NCBI RefSeq assembly: GCF_988242995.1
Contig: NZ_OZ547043.1
DNA length: 64,000 bases
Strand: one strand, 5' to 3'
A program made the position numbers and the translations under genes. This document shows positions 23,848-35,135 of the stretch, one piece after another; the first letter of the stretch is position 1, and each line of letters opens with the position of its first letter. The notes under the pieces were generated by a model. It was not told the origin of the DNA, did no database searches, and saw nothing but the letters and a program-made list of their open reading frames with translations.

Positions 23848-24935
23848 TCCTGGCCCCAGTCAGGTAATAACTCACCTTTTGTCGAGAAGCGGAAACGGTG
23901 TTGATCCCAGCCTTGTCCAAACAGGGTCAGCACATAGTTGTAATAGGCATCGCTGCCGGGAAAGTTATCGGCCACGCGCTGGCGCTGAACGGCCTGCGCA
24001 TCGCGGTTTTGTAAAAAGGGCAGCATGGCGGCAGAAAAACCGACCGGTCCTTTACCCTGCGCTTTCCCCGTAGCCACATCCACTTTTTCTGGCGGATAGC
24101 CGTTTTTCTCGGTGAATGTCGCCATCGGTTTAAACCGGTTGAGCATCCGCGCTTTTTGCGGATCGCTGTCAGGCATCATGCCTACCCACATGTAAACGCG
24201 GATCGCGTCGTAGCTGCTGATCAATGTTTTTTCGGCTTTTAGCTGCCAGCCTTTGTCTTTCTCATAGCGCACCCAGTCTGGCGAAAAGCCTTTCGGGGCG
24301 GTTTCCAGCAATAAACGTTGATTGGTTTCGCGCAGCGTAGTCCACGGCGCGCCAAAGCGGGTGAAATACTGCGCCAGCGTCGGCGGCAGGTAGCTGGGGT
24401 TAAAACGCCAGCTGTTATCCTCAGCAAAACCCACTTTGCCCGGTAACAACATGGAACCCAGCCCAGGCACCGTCACCACTTCCTCCCGCGCGATACGTTT
24501 TAACAACGCGCTGCCGATGTCGGTATAACGCTGCTCTTTCCACAAACGCCCCGCCTCCAGCAACGACCAGGCCATCCAGACATCACCATCGGAGGCCGAA
24601 TTGCTGTCCAGCACTTCCCACTTACTGTTCTCTTTCTTGCCCCACAGCCAGGCAGGCAAACGTTCTTTTAAAGAACCCTGAGCGAGATTGTTCTGCGTCC
24701 AGTCGAGAATATTATCGAAAGCTGCACGGTCGTTAGCCGCCAGGGCAAAGAACATGCCGTAACTTTGTCCTTCGGAGGTGGTGATTTTGCGCGCGTCGCT
24801 GGGGTCGATGACGCGCCCTTCCTGACTGATGTAATCCTTTTTAAACTGCTCCCAGGCAGGCCAGGTACAGGCTGCCTGAACACTAAAGGCAGCCAGCAGC
24901 AGCATCGTCACGAGTCCACTACGCAACACATTCAT
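23829..24935 (-). CDS. bcsZ: Endo-1,4-beta-glucanase BcsZ (GH8), 368 aa
   Basis: Track ORF 23829..24941; start taken at [21 protein letters not shown] (signal peptide). The 3' end overlaps the bcsC start by 19 bp. Confidence 0.93.
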   Translation of the reverse strand: MNVLRSGLVTMLLLAAFSVQAACTWPAWEQFKKDYISQEGRVIDPSDARKITTSEGQSYGMFFALAANDRAAFDNILDWTQNNLAQGSLKERLPAWLWGKKENSKWEVLDSNSASDGDVWMAWSLLEAGRLWKEQRYTDIGSALLKRIAREEVVTVPGLGSMLLPGKVGFAEDNSWRFNPSYLPPTLAQYFTRFGAPWTTLRETNQRLLLETAPKGFSPDWVRYEKDKGWQLKAEKTLISSYDAIRVYMWVGMMPDSDPQKARMLNRFKPMATFTEKNGYPPEKVDVATGKAQGKGPVGFSAAMLPFLQNRDAQAVQRQRVADNFPGSDAYYNYVLTLFGQGWDQHRFRFSTKGELLPDWGQECANSH

Positions 24936-24941
24936 CTTCAA

Positions 24942-27281
24942 TTACTCGTTATCCGGGTTAAGACGACGACGGCTGATAATACGCAGCAGACGCCACAGTA
25001 CCCATGCCAGCAGCACGACGCTGATTGCCGCCAGCACCGCCAGCAGAATCGGATGGTTTGCCAGCGCATACCATAAGCGTTCGAACCACGGCAGATGGCC
25101 AACGTAATAGACGTCGCCAACGCGTAGGCTATTGATACCGGACTCGCGGATCACCGCGACCGAACCGAACATGGTGGCGCGTTTGCCGCTATCGTTCACC
25201 GCATCGTTAAGCATTTCATAACCGCGTGGGCTATCTGCCAGCAGCGCAATCACGCTGCGCTGGTCGTTATACGGCGACTGGAAGCCAATCACCGCCGCCA
25301 TCGCACCGGAAGAGGTCAGCGTTGACTGGGTTTCTGCCGCGCGATCGCTCTCGTCCGGAACAATGCCGGGGAACGGGGTCTGGCGCATCGGCGTTTTCAC
25401 CCAGCTTTCGGTCGCCTGCACCAACAGGTCGATCTGCTTGTCGTCTTTCAGTTTGTCCGGGATACCACCGATGATCATGATGTCGGCATCTTTGCCCTGA
25501 ATGGTGCTGCCATCATCGGTCACCGTCAGATTAATCGCCGGGAAGCCCGCCTGTGCGCCGATAAAACCAACAGTATTCAGCAAGGTTTCCATCTGTGCTT
25601 CGTTAGGCGTTTTCGGCATCACGGTGATGGTTTGCGACAGATCCGCCATCCGGCTGAACGGGAAGCCCGCGTTAGCAAAGGCGCGTAGATCCGGCATCGG
25701 GATGAAGTGGTAATACTTCGAGAAGTCGATGGTGGAGTCGTCACCAATCACCACATGATTCTGCACCGGCTGGAAGGTAATACAGTTATCCACCGAACCG
25801 CCAGGCATCGGGTTCATATACTCAAAGTCAAAGCGCAGCTGGTTGGTCGCGCCCAGTTTCAGCGCCGGAATAGAGACATCCGTTTTGCCATCCAGCAAAC
25901 CTTGTAATACCGGAATCCGCAGCAGCAGGCGGTTCGCCTCCTGTTTGCTGCTCAGATTGAATGATTGCAGGAACTGGTTATTCAGGCTGATATCCATCCG
26001 CGAACTGTCTTTCACCGGCGGCATGGTGTAGCGGTAATTAATATCCATATCAATGCCGGTACTGCGCATCAGGTAGAGATCTGGCGGCAGGTTTAGCGAA
26101 ACATTAATCGCTGCTGGCTCAAGACCGCTGGATTGCAACTGTTCTTCATAGGTTTTCAGTTCACCAAAGGTGACCGGACGATCGGTACGCACCCAGTTCG
26201 GCGCATCGTACGGCTTACGCGGTAGCAGCGGTTTCACTTCATTCACTACCACGCTTTCACCACGGAACAGAATGTTACCCTGAGCGATACCTTTCGCTGC
26301 CTGCAACAGGTCTTTGTCGTCACGACCAAACACCACCAGCAGTTTGACGTAAGGATTCTGCGGATGGTTGATCATCTCAATCACCGGGGCTTTTACCGCC
26401 GGATGATCGCGCAGGAAATCCGGGCGTTTGTCATTGGTGGCAAAAACGATGGCATTGCGATCCGGCAATTGGTTATAGAGCACCGGGAAGTTCTGCCCAC
26501 GCCAGCCAGAACGCGAACCAAACCACGAGGCGACAATGGCAGATGCTTGTTGCAGCCCGACATCCGGCGCACCCGCAAAGACAATCGGCAAGGTGTTAGT
26601 ACGGTTATCACGCGGGTCAAAGAATGGTACCGGGAAGTGTGACAGGTCATTCTTCACATTCAGGGTCTGATAGGTCAAATCCAGTCCACTGCTCCGCCCA
26701 ACATCCAGCCAAAGCGTGGTGCTGGCCGGGTTTTCGCACACGTCCTGATAATGGCCGACAAACTCCAGCCGCACACGGTTGAAGTCGGTAATAAACAGTG
26801 GGTTAATGGGCATTTGCGCCAGCGTTTTTTTACCCAACTGTTCTTTGGTCACTGGCAGCACGCCCATCAGTTCATCATTGAGATAAACCTTTAACTGCGA
26901 CTGGACAGGCAGTAACGATGGCGATGGCGTGTATTCGAGGTTGAGCATCGCCTTCGTCACCACTTCATCGCTGCGCATACCAAACTCAATGCTGCCGTTC
27001 GGGTTAATGCCACGTAGCACCATGCTGCCCGGCGGCGGCGCAATTTGCGCAAAGGTCAGCTTCACATCACGCGAAGGACCGTTCTGCGCCACGATAGGGG
27101 CATCAGCGCCCTGCACGCCCGGCATCACTTGCCCAACCTGCGGATTTTGTTCCGTCTGGGCGGCTACAGCTGGCTCAGCATTGATCAGTGGTTGCGTTGC
27201 TGGCGTCGCCTGCGTCATGAAAGAGGGGAACGCACTCATCCCCATAGCCACTGCACAAATCCAGAATAGTTTTCTTTTCAT
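24942..27281 (-). CDS. bcsB: Cellulose synthase periplasmic subunit BcsB, 779 aa
   Basis: Track ORF 24942..27368 (808 aa); conserved start MKRKLFWICAVAMGMSAFPSFMTQA at codon 30. Confidence 0.94.
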   Translation of the reverse strand: MKRKLFWICAVAMGMSAFPSFMTQATPATQPLINAEPAVAAQTEQNPQVGQVMPGVQGADAPIVAQNGPSRDVKLTFAQIAPPPGSMVLRGINPNGSIEFGMRSDEVVTKAMLNLEYTPSPSLLPVQSQLKVYLNDELMGVLPVTKEQLGKKTLAQMPINPLFITDFNRVRLEFVGHYQDVCENPASTTLWLDVGRSSGLDLTYQTLNVKNDLSHFPVPFFDPRDNRTNTLPIVFAGAPDVGLQQASAIVASWFGSRSGWRGQNFPVLYNQLPDRNAIVFATNDKRPDFLRDHPAVKAPVIEMINHPQNPYVKLLVVFGRDDKDLLQAAKGIAQGNILFRGESVVVNEVKPLLPRKPYDAPNWVRTDRPVTFGELKTYEEQLQSSGLEPAAINVSLNLPPDLYLMRSTGIDMDINYRYTMPPVKDSSRMDISLNNQFLQSFNLSSKQEANRLLLRIPVLQGLLDGKTDVSIPALKLGATNQLRFDFEYMNPMPGGSVDNCITFQPVQNHVVIGDDSTIDFSKYYHFIPMPDLRAFANAGFPFSRMADLSQTITVMPKTPNEAQMETLLNTVGFIGAQAGFPAINLTVTDDGSTIQGKDADIMIIGGIPDKLKDDKQIDLLVQATESWVKTPMRQTPFPGIVPDESDRAAETQSTLTSSGAMAAVIGFQSPYNDQRSVIALLADSPRGYEMLNDAVNDSGKRATMFGSVAVIRESGINSLRVGDVYYVGHLPWFERLWYALANHPILLAVLAAISVVLLAWVLWRLLRIISRRRLNPDNE

Positions 27282-27291
27282 CGCGTTATCA

Positions 27292-29910
27292 TCATTGTTG
27301 AGCCAAAGCCTGATCCGATGGTTGTGCCGTTTCGCTCCGCGCCGGGCGGCGCGGAATAAACGATACAACCCAGGAAACCAGAGAAGTCAGCACACGGAAT
27401 ATGCCCTTCACCGAAGAAGGCGCAAACTCCGCCAGATGGCGGTAGCCACGGAAGCCGAGCTTCAGAATATCCAGCAGACTTTCCAGCGGCTTATCTTCCG
27501 GATAGCTGTCCTGCCAGAGCGCCCATGTATCCGCACGGGCAAACGTACACTGCACAAAATCGATATGTTGCTGGGTGGTGAGCGGCATTAATTTCAGCCC
27601 AACTTCATTACCCATCACGCGCGCCACCTGGGTGGGGAAGACGTATTCCTGCTGACCGCGTTTAAGCAACAGATTCACTTTCTGCCCTTCCAGAATCTGC
27701 GCCTGACCGTTGATCTTGATCCCCAAACCACCGTCGGAGAAATCCTGAACGGTACATGAGAAGAGGTGACCATCTTCGCGGGCAATTGCCGCGGGCATCG
27801 TCATCTCCACGCGGTGCGATCGGCGTACCTGTTTGCTTTCTACCGATACCGCAACTGCGCCGCCAAGAACAATCAGGTTGTAGAATACCCACACCATACT
27901 GACGACCACGGTGAGCATCTCGGTTGGCGGGCCATAGAAGTAGCGCCAGATGCCTACCGCAACGCCCACCAGGTTGAGCAGAACAAGGAAGATGTAGGGC
28001 CGCGAGATCACCCAGTCGACGTACTCTTCTTCCACCAGTCCACCTTTGGCGGTAACGTTAAATTTGCCTTTGTGCGGGTTAATCAGCGCCACCAGCGTCG
28101 GTGGTGCGATATACCACGCCAGCACCGTTTCGTAGATTTCACTCCAGAAAGAGTGGCGATATTTGCCCTGGATCTTGGAGTTGGTCAGGCTGGCATGGAT
28201 CATATGCGGCAGCACGAACAGGGCAATCATCAACGCTGGCGCATAGATGATGTAGGCATGAAGCAGCAGGAACGCCAGCGGCGCAGTCAGGAAGATCAGC
28301 CGTGGAATGCCCGACAAGAAGTGGAACATGGCGTTGACGTAACATAGCCGCTGAGCAAACTTCAGCCCTTTACCGGTGAGCGGGTTATCGAGACGAAAGA
28401 TTTGCACCATCCCGCGCGCCCAGCGAATACGCTGACCAATATGCGCCGACAGACTTTCGGTCGCCAGCCCCGCCGCCTGCGGAATACGCATATATGCAGA
28501 GGTGTAGCCACGACGGTGCAGGCGCAAAGAGGTATGCGCATCTTCAGTCACAGTTTCGACAGCAATGCCGCCAATTTCATCCAGCGGCTTACGGCGAATC
28601 ACCGCACAGGAACCGCAGAAGAAAGTGGCGTCCCACATATCGTTGCCATCCTGCACCAGACCATAGAACAGCGTGCCTTCGTTCGGTGTTTTACGAAATC
28701 GCCCCAGGTTGCGTTCAAACGGGTCCGGTGAGAAGAAGTGGTGCGGCGTCTGCATCATCGCCAGCTGTTTTTCTTTCAGGAACCAGCCCATGGTCATTTG
28801 CAGGAACGATCGCGTTGGTACGTGGTCGCAGTCGAAAATCGACACGAACTCGCCTTTGGCATATTTCAGCGCATTGTTGATGTTGCCCGCTTTCGCATGT
28901 TCATGAGTGGTGCGGGCGATATATTTCACCCCCACGTTTTGCGCAAACTGGCGAAACTCTTCCCTGCCGCCGTCATCGAGGATCCAGATGTTCAGTTTGT
29001 CTTTCGGCCAGTCGATACCCAGCGAGGCGTAAATGGTATTTTTCACCACGTTGAGATCTTCGTTGTAAGTCGGGACAAAGATATCCACCGACGGCCACAG
29101 CGACATATCTTTCGGCAATGGCACCGGCTGACGATTCAGCGGCCATACTACCTGGAAGTAGCCGAGCACGAGCACAATCCACGCGTACGTTTCAGCGAAC
29201 AGCAGAATAAGCCCGCACACCAGGCTGACCGGATCGTCCCAGTTCAGCGTAGAGGTGTAGCGCCACCAGATATAACGGCAAGAAACGGTCAGCGACAGCA
29301 CAATCAACATTAGCGCCGAGAAGCGCCCCGGCATCCGCCGTACGATCAGCGCTACACCCCACAGCAGCATCAGGAAGATAAACTGCGCCAGCGGGTTAAA
29401 CGGCTGGGTAACGCAGATTAACGCCAGAATCAGCGAGAAGGTGACGATGATACCGAGGATCAACCGCCGCGCCCCGGCGCTCAAATGACCGAGCTCTTTT
29501 TTCTCATCGAGATGCTGTGTTTTATGGCTAACGCGCTCAGGCAGCTCGTTCATCCATTGATGGTAACGTCCACGAATATTCTGCAGACCTGAAAATGTCC
29601 GCCTGTGCGGTTTCGGCGTTTCTTTGCGCGATGTACCGATCAGTAACCAGCATGTTTGAATGAGATAACGGACCGGGTCCAGCGGACGCGGACGCGAGGC
29701 GTTGATATGCGGATACAGGTTTTTATGTTCTGCGCGAATACGCTGCCAGCGCGGGTGCTCCAGCGGAATAAAAATCCAGGCCAGGATCAACCAAAAACAG
29801 CCGAGCGTCGCGCTGAAAGCCGACGCGCCGTGACGACGATAATCGCGATAACGCCCGATAAGCCGCGCGTTGACCGGCGGGATAAGCAACCACCGGGTCA
29901 GGATACTCAT
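27292..29910 (-). CDS. bcsA: Cellulose synthase catalytic subunit BcsA (GT2 + PilZ), 872 aa
   Basis: Track ORF MSILTRWLLIPPVNARLIGRYRDYRRHGASAF...; QxxRW-type glycosyltransferase with C-terminal PilZ domain. Confidence 0.96.
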   Translation of the reverse strand: MSILTRWLLIPPVNARLIGRYRDYRRHGASAFSATLGCFWLILAWIFIPLEHPRWQRIRAEHKNLYPHINASRPRPLDPVRYLIQTCWLLIGTSRKETPKPHRRTFSGLQNIRGRYHQWMNELPERVSHKTQHLDEKKELGHLSAGARRLILGIIVTFSLILALICVTQPFNPLAQFIFLMLLWGVALIVRRMPGRFSALMLIVLSLTVSCRYIWWRYTSTLNWDDPVSLVCGLILLFAETYAWIVLVLGYFQVVWPLNRQPVPLPKDMSLWPSVDIFVPTYNEDLNVVKNTIYASLGIDWPKDKLNIWILDDGGREEFRQFAQNVGVKYIARTTHEHAKAGNINNALKYAKGEFVSIFDCDHVPTRSFLQMTMGWFLKEKQLAMMQTPHHFFSPDPFERNLGRFRKTPNEGTLFYGLVQDGNDMWDATFFCGSCAVIRRKPLDEIGGIAVETVTEDAHTSLRLHRRGYTSAYMRIPQAAGLATESLSAHIGQRIRWARGMVQIFRLDNPLTGKGLKFAQRLCYVNAMFHFLSGIPRLIFLTAPLAFLLLHAYIIYAPALMIALFVLPHMIHASLTNSKIQGKYRHSFWSEIYETVLAWYIAPPTLVALINPHKGKFNVTAKGGLVEEEYVDWVISRPYIFLVLLNLVGVAVGIWRYFYGPPTEMLTVVVSMVWVFYNLIVLGGAVAVSVESKQVRRSHRVEMTMPAAIAREDGHLFSCTVQDFSDGGLGIKINGQAQILEGQKVNLLLKRGQQEYVFPTQVARVMGNEVGLKLMPLTTQQHIDFVQCTFARADTWALWQDSYPEDKPLESLLDILKLGFRGYRHLAEFAPSSVKGIFRVLTSLVSWVVSFIPRRPARSETAQPSDQALAQQ

Positions 29911-30659
29911 GATTTACTCCCGACTGGCGTTTTCAGCCCGGAATAGTTCAACAGGCACCAGTTAGCCAGCGTCAGTATCTCTTCAGCCGCCAGCGCATCA
30001 CTGCGATATTCACCGACTGGTTGCTTAGCCGCCAGGCATTCAGCCATCGCTTCATCACGATGAATGAGCATCGGCAGTAATCGGCGCTGGCTTTGCAACC
30101 AAAGCTGGTAAATATCGTCCTGAACTTGACTGCCGATACGGAAGTCATTAATCAAAATATGCGCGCCATCCGGCAGCGCCTGCTGATGCAGCCGGATATG
30201 GCAGTTGGCATCCACATTGACGATTGCCAGCGAGTGATCGCACAAACTCAGCAGCTGGTGGGTTATCTGCGAGGAATCACGCGGTAAGTCGATTAAAATC
30301 CAATGGTAACGCCCGCTGGCTTTTAGTTGCTGTAAGCCGGAGCAAATATCGCTCAGCCGGGTTTGCCAGTGCTGTGGATTTTCTTGTTCTTCAATGGATA
30401 ACTGACCAAAAGGCAGCAAATCGAGTTGCGAGGTATAGCGCAACCCAGCGTCACGCCAGTCCTGGCCATCCAGCATAGCTCTGGCCCAGCCCTGACGGTG
30501 GGTAAAATCAACGTTAAATGACAGGCGCAACAAGTTGTCCGGGCAGGCATCGACCACCAGGACATTTTCTCCCAACATTTGTAATGACCAGGCTAATGCG
30601 GCGGTGATGGTTGTTGTCCCCACGCCTCCCCGCACCCCCTGCAATCCCAGTACGGCCAT
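29907..30659 (-). CDS. bcsQ: Cellulose biosynthesis protein BcsQ (MinD/ParA-like ATPase), 250 aa, apparently intact
   Basis: Track ORF MAVLGLQGVRGGVGTTTITAALAWSLQ... is open for 250 codons with Walker-A-like GGVGTTT; overlaps the bcsA start by 4 bp. Confidence 0.9.
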   Translation of the reverse strand: MAVLGLQGVRGGVGTTTITAALAWSLQMLGENVLVVDACPDNLLRLSFNVDFTHRQGWARAMLDGQDWRDAGLRYTSQLDLLPFGQLSIEEQENPQHWQTRLSDICSGLQQLKASGRYHWILIDLPRDSSQITHQLLSLCDHSLAIVNVDANCHIRLHQQALPDGAHILINDFRIGSQVQDDIYQLWLQSQRRLLPMLIHRDEAMAECLAAKQPVGEYRSDALAAEEILTLANWCLLNYSGLKTPVGSKS

Positions 30660-30670
30660 TCACCAATCCC

Positions 30671-30859
30671 CTACTTTTGTTGCGCAAACTCTGCCAGCAA
30701 CGGCCAGCGTTTTAATGCCGCGGCCAACTGTTCGCGTTGGGAAATATCGGCATAATCAATATCAGGCAGTGAAAATGCCTGCTTTAACGCCAAAATATCA
30801 TTCTGGAAGATATAGCCTATCGCGGGATCAGGCAGAGTATCTGGTTCATTGTTATTCAT
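30671..30859 (-). CDS. bcsR: Cellulose biosynthesis protein BcsR, 62 aa
   Basis: Track ORF 30671..30901 starts at a non-ATG codon; the conserved protein starts MNNNEPDTLPDPAIGYIFQNDILALKQAF (codon 15). Confidence 0.85.
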   Translation of the reverse strand: MNNNEPDTLPDPAIGYIFQNDILALKQAFSLPDIDYADISQREQLAAALKRWPLLAEFAQQK

Positions 30860-31130
30860 TTGCTTGATCCCTATGAAATAACCGTACCGTTCATGAGACA
30901 ATTCTAACCGTGAGCATTTCGCCGGTTTATTGTTTACGGCGAGACGGGAATTTGCTCACTTTTTGACTTTCCGTTACGCAACAAAAAAAGTTAAAAACGA
31001 AAAGACTAAAATCACACGTCTTGTGACCTGCTAAATTGATTCACATGCTAAATCTGATAAGTTTTAATTTCAATGGTAGGTTTATTTCTTAGCTTTCGCT
31101 AGTAAACTGATAATCAGACAAAATGATGAC

Positions 31131-32702
31131 ATGAGGGACATTGTGGACCCTGTATTCTCTATCGGTATCTCATCATTATGGGATGAGCTGCGACATATGC
31201 CAGCAGGCGGCGTCTGGTGGTTTAACGTCGATCGCCATGAAGATGCTATCAGTCTGGCGAATCAAACAATTGCATCCCAGGCTGAAACCGCACACGTCGC
31301 GGTCATTAGCATGGACAGCGATCCGGCGAAAATCTTTCAATTAGATGATTCTCAAGGGCCGGAAAAAATAAAATTATTTTCAATGCTAAATCATGAAAAA
31401 GGTCTATACTATTTGGCCCGTGATTTGCAGTGTTCTATTGATCCCCATAATTACCTTTTTATTCTTGTTTGCGCAAATAACGCATGGCAAAACATTCCTG
31501 CCGAGCGGCTTCGCTCATGGTTGGATAAAATGAATAAATGGAGCAGGTTAAACCATTGTTCGCTTTTGGTAATTAATCCCGGAAATAATAACGATAAACA
31601 ATTTTCATTGTTGCTTGAGGAATACCGTTCACTTTTTGGTCTTGCCAGTTTGCGTTTTCAGGGCGACCAACATTTGCTGGATATTGCCTTCTGGTGCAAC
31701 GAAAAAGGGGTCAGCGCCCGTCAGCAGCTTAGCGTTCAGCAACAAAAGGGTATCTGGACCTTAGTTCAAAGCGAAGAGGCGGAGATCCAACCACGCAGCG
31801 ACGAAAAACGCATTCTGAGTAATGTTGCTGTACTGGAAGGTGCGCCGCCGCTATCAGAACACTGGCAACTGTTCAACAATAACGAAGTCCTGTTCAATGA
31901 AGCCCGTACCGCTCAGGCGGCGACGGTGGTCTTTTCTTTACAACAAAATGCGCAAATCGAGCCACTGGCCCGCAGCATTCATACTCTGCGTCGCCAGCGC
32001 GGTAGTGCGATGAAAATCCTCGTACGGGAAAATACCGCTAGCCTGCGCGCCACCGATGAACGTTTGTTATTGGCCTGCGGTGCAAATATGGTTATCCCAT
32101 GGAATGCCCCACTCTCCCGCTGTCTGACGATGATCGAAAGCGTGCAAGGGCAGAAGTTTAGTCGCTATGTGCCGGAAGATATCACTACCTTGCTGTCAAT
32201 GACCCAGCCGCTCAAACTGCGTGGTTTCCAGAAGTGGGATGTGTTCTGTAATGCCGTCAACAACATGATGAATAACCCTCTATTACCTGCCCACGGTAAA
32301 GGCGTTCTGGTTGCCCTACGTCCGGTACCGGGTATCCGCGTTGAGCAAGCCCTGACGCTGTGTCGCCCTAACCGCACCGGCGATATCATGACTATTGGCG
32401 GTAATCGGCTGGTGCTGTTTCTCTCATTCTGTCGGATTAACGATCTGGATACCGCGTTGAATCATATTTTCCCATTGCCGACTGGCGACATTTTCTCAAA
32501 CCGTATGGTCTGGTTTGAAGATGATCAAATCAGTGCCGAGCTGGTGCAGATGCGCCTGCTTGCCCCAGAACAATGGGGCATGCCGCTGCCTTTAACGCAA
32601 AGTTCTAAACCGGTCATCAATGCCGAGCACGATGGTCGCCACTGGCGACGAATACCAGAACCAATGCGACTGTTAGATGATGCTGTGGAGCGCTCATCAT
32701 GA
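31131..32702 (+). CDS. bcsE: c-di-GMP-binding cellulose biosynthesis protein BcsE (GIL domain), 523 aa
   Basis: Track [42 protein letters not shown]...; divergent from bcsR. Confidence 0.94.
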
Positions 32703-32890
32703 TGACCATCAGCGATATCATTGAAATTATTGTCGTTTGCGCACTGATATTTTTCCCGCTGGGCTATCTGGCGCGGCACTCTTTGCGACGCATTCGCGAC
32801 ACCTTACGTTTGTTCTTTGCTAAACCTCGTTATGTTAAACCGGCCGGGACGTTACGCCGCACGGAAAAAGCCAGGGCAACCAAAAAATGA
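32699..32890 (+). CDS. bcsF: Small membrane protein BcsF, 63 aa
   Basis: Track [36 protein letters not shown]...; 4-bp overlaps with bcsE and bcsG (translational coupling). Confidence 0.88.
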
Positions 32891-34566
32891 CTCAATTTAC
32901 GCAAAATACCGCCATGCCTTCTTCCCTCTGGCAATACTGGCGCGGTCTTTCCGGCTGGAACTTCTATTTTCTGGTTAAGTTCGGCCTGTTGTGGGCGGGA
33001 TATCTTAACTTCCATCCGCTCCTCAATCTGGTGTTTGCCGCGTTTCTGCTGATGCCCATTCCGCGCTACAGCCTGCATCGCTTACGCCACTGGATTGCCC
33101 TGCCGATCGGCTTTGCTTTGTTCTGGCATGACACCTGGTTGCCTGGCCCGGAAAGCATAATGAGCCAGGGTTCGCAGGTGGCGGGGTTCAGTACCGATTA
33201 TTTAATCGACCTTGTCACACGCTTTATTAACTGGCAGATGATTGGGGCCATTTTTGTTTTATTAGTGGCCTGGTTATTCCTGTCACAATGGATTCGCATT
33301 ACCGTTTTTGTGGTTGCCATTCTGCTATGGCTGAACGTACTTACCCTGGCGGGACCAAGTTTCTCCTTGTGGCCAGCCGGTCAACCGACGACCACTGTAA
33401 CAACGACGGGTGGTAACGCAGCGGCAACCGTTGCGGCGACGGGTGGCGCACCGGTAGTGGGTGATATGCCCGCACAAACTGCACCGCCAACAACGGCGAA
33501 TCTTAACGCCTGGCTGAATAATTTCTATAACGCGGAGGCGAAACGTAAATCGACCTTCCCGTCTTCGCTGCCCGCTGATGCTCAGCCATTTGAACTACTG
33601 GTGATTAATATCTGTTCGCTTTCCTGGTCGGATATTGAAGCCGCCGGGTTGATGTCGCATCCGCTGTGGTCGCATTTCGATATTGAGTTCAAGAACTTTA
33701 ACTCCGCCACCTCCTACAGTGGCCCGGCGGCGATCCGTTTACTGCGCGCCAGCTGCGGGCAGACTTCGCACACTAATCTGTATCAACCGGCAAATAACGA
33801 CTGCTATCTGTTTGATAACCTGTCGAAACTGGGCTTTACCCAGCACCTGATGATGGGACATAACGGCCAGTTCGGCGGTTTTTTGAAAGAAGTTCGCGAA
33901 AATGGCGGCATGCAGAGCGAATTGATGGATCAAACAAATCTGCCGGTTATTTTGCTGGGCTTTGATGGTTCGCCGGTTTATGACGATACCGCCGTGCTTA
34001 ACCGCTGGCTGGACGTTACCGAAAAAGATAAAAACAGCCGTAGTGCCACGTTCTACAACACGCTTCCACTGCATGACGGCAACCATTATCCGGGCGTCAG
34101 CAAAACAGCGGATTACAAAGCGCGAGCGCAGAAATTCTTTGATGAGCTGGACGCCTTCTTTACTGAACTGGAGAAATCGGGTCGTAAAGTGATGGTGGTC
34201 GTGGTGCCGGAACACGGTGGCGCGCTGAAGGGCGACAGAATGCAGGTATCTGGCCTACGTGATATCCCTAGCCCGTCTATCACAGACGTCCCCGTTGGGG
34301 TGAAATTCTTCGGCATGAAGGCACCACATCAGGGGGCACCGATTGTCATCGACCAACCGAGCAGCTTCCTGGCTATCTCCGATCTGGTGGTTCGCGTTCT
34401 TGATGGCAAGATTTTCTCCGAAGACAATGTTGACTGGAAAAAACTCACCAGTGGGTTACCACAAACAGCACCGGTCTCCGAGAACTCAAATGCAGTAGTT
34501 ATTCAATACCAGGATAAACCGTACGTTCGCCTGAACGGCGGCGACTGGGTGCCTTACCCGCAATAA
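32887..34566 (+). CDS. bcsG: Cellulose phosphoethanolamine transferase BcsG, 559 aa
   Basis: Track [43 protein letters not shown]...; membrane N-terminus plus periplasmic alkaline-phosphatase-like domain. Confidence 0.94.
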
Positions 34567-34652
34567 GAACGAAAAAGGCCGCAGAGTTTCACCCCTGCGG
34601 CCTGGTCCGGGCGCAAATTGCCATTACGGCAGCCTGACGCCCGCATGACACG

Positions 34653-34760
34653 TTACTTCCGCTTATTCAGCGAGTTCACGATCAGACTGGCAAGAATGCC
34701 AGCAATGATCGGAGCCGCTAAATCATGCCAGAAGGCCATGCCCAGCTCTGCGAGCGTCAT
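34653..34760 (-). CDS. Ldr-family type I toxin, 35 aa (copy 1, divergent)
   Basis: Last 35 codons of track ORF 34653..34895: MTLAELGMAFWHDLAAPIIAGILASLIVNSLNKRK. ATG (cat on plus strand) at 34758-34760. Confidence 0.8.
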   Translation of the reverse strand: MTLAELGMAFWHDLAAPIIAGILASLIVNSLNKRK

Positions 34761-34808
34761 ATAGCCGCCTGTGTTGTAATGACAACGTTTCGCGGCTATT
34801 CTTGTATT

Positions 34809-34874
34809 GTTTGGATGCAAGAATGGCCCCCGTGGTGTTGTCAGGTGCATACCTGCAACGTGCGGGGGTTTTCT
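34809..34874 (+). ncRNA. Rdl-family antisense RNA (copy 1); coordinates approximate
   Basis: Plus-strand hairpin cccccgtggtgttgtcaggtgcatacctgcaacgtgcggggg followed by ttttctct, antisense to the ldr leader. Its 5' part differs from copy 2. Confidence 0.5.
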
Positions 34875-35135
34875 CTCTCCAGCAACCAATGCCACCAGGG
34901 ATTAAGCCCCCGCAACATTGCGCCTCACCGGAACCCTTCCGGCTTGACGCTGATTCTACGACTGTTTTTCTGTTCCGGAATCCATCACGTCTTCACTCTG
35001 TGCTGCGCATTCCGCAGAATATTATCCGCTTGCAACCGTTGCATTTTTCTTACGAAAAAGGCCGCAGAGTTTCACCCCTGCGGCCTGATCCGGGCGCAAA
35101 TTGCCATTACGGCAGCCTGACGCCCGCATGACACG

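Larger units (their letters stand above)
34570..35052. repeat. LDR (long direct repeat) unit, copy 1, carrying an ldr/rdl type I toxin-antitoxin pair
   Basis: About 400 bp starting cgaaaaaggccgcagagtttcacccctgcggcct recurs about 483 bp later at 35053 with roughly 90 percent identity. The first ~33 bp form the ldr mRNA terminator hairpin (read on the minus strand). Confidence 0.85.

Noticed and set aside
27766-29313. Plus-strand ORFs 27766..28347 and 28738..29313 inside bcsA
   Set aside because: Antisense to the cellulose synthase gene; His/Arg-rich translation with no conserved motif.
30671-30901. Apparent 76-aa BcsR with a non-ATG start
   Set aside because: The track allows alternative start codons; the conserved BcsR begins at the internal ATG (MNNNEP...), giving the expected 62-aa protein.
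33739-34215. Minus-strand ORF (158 aa) inside bcsG
   Set aside because: Antisense and embedded; bcsG itself is full length and conserved.
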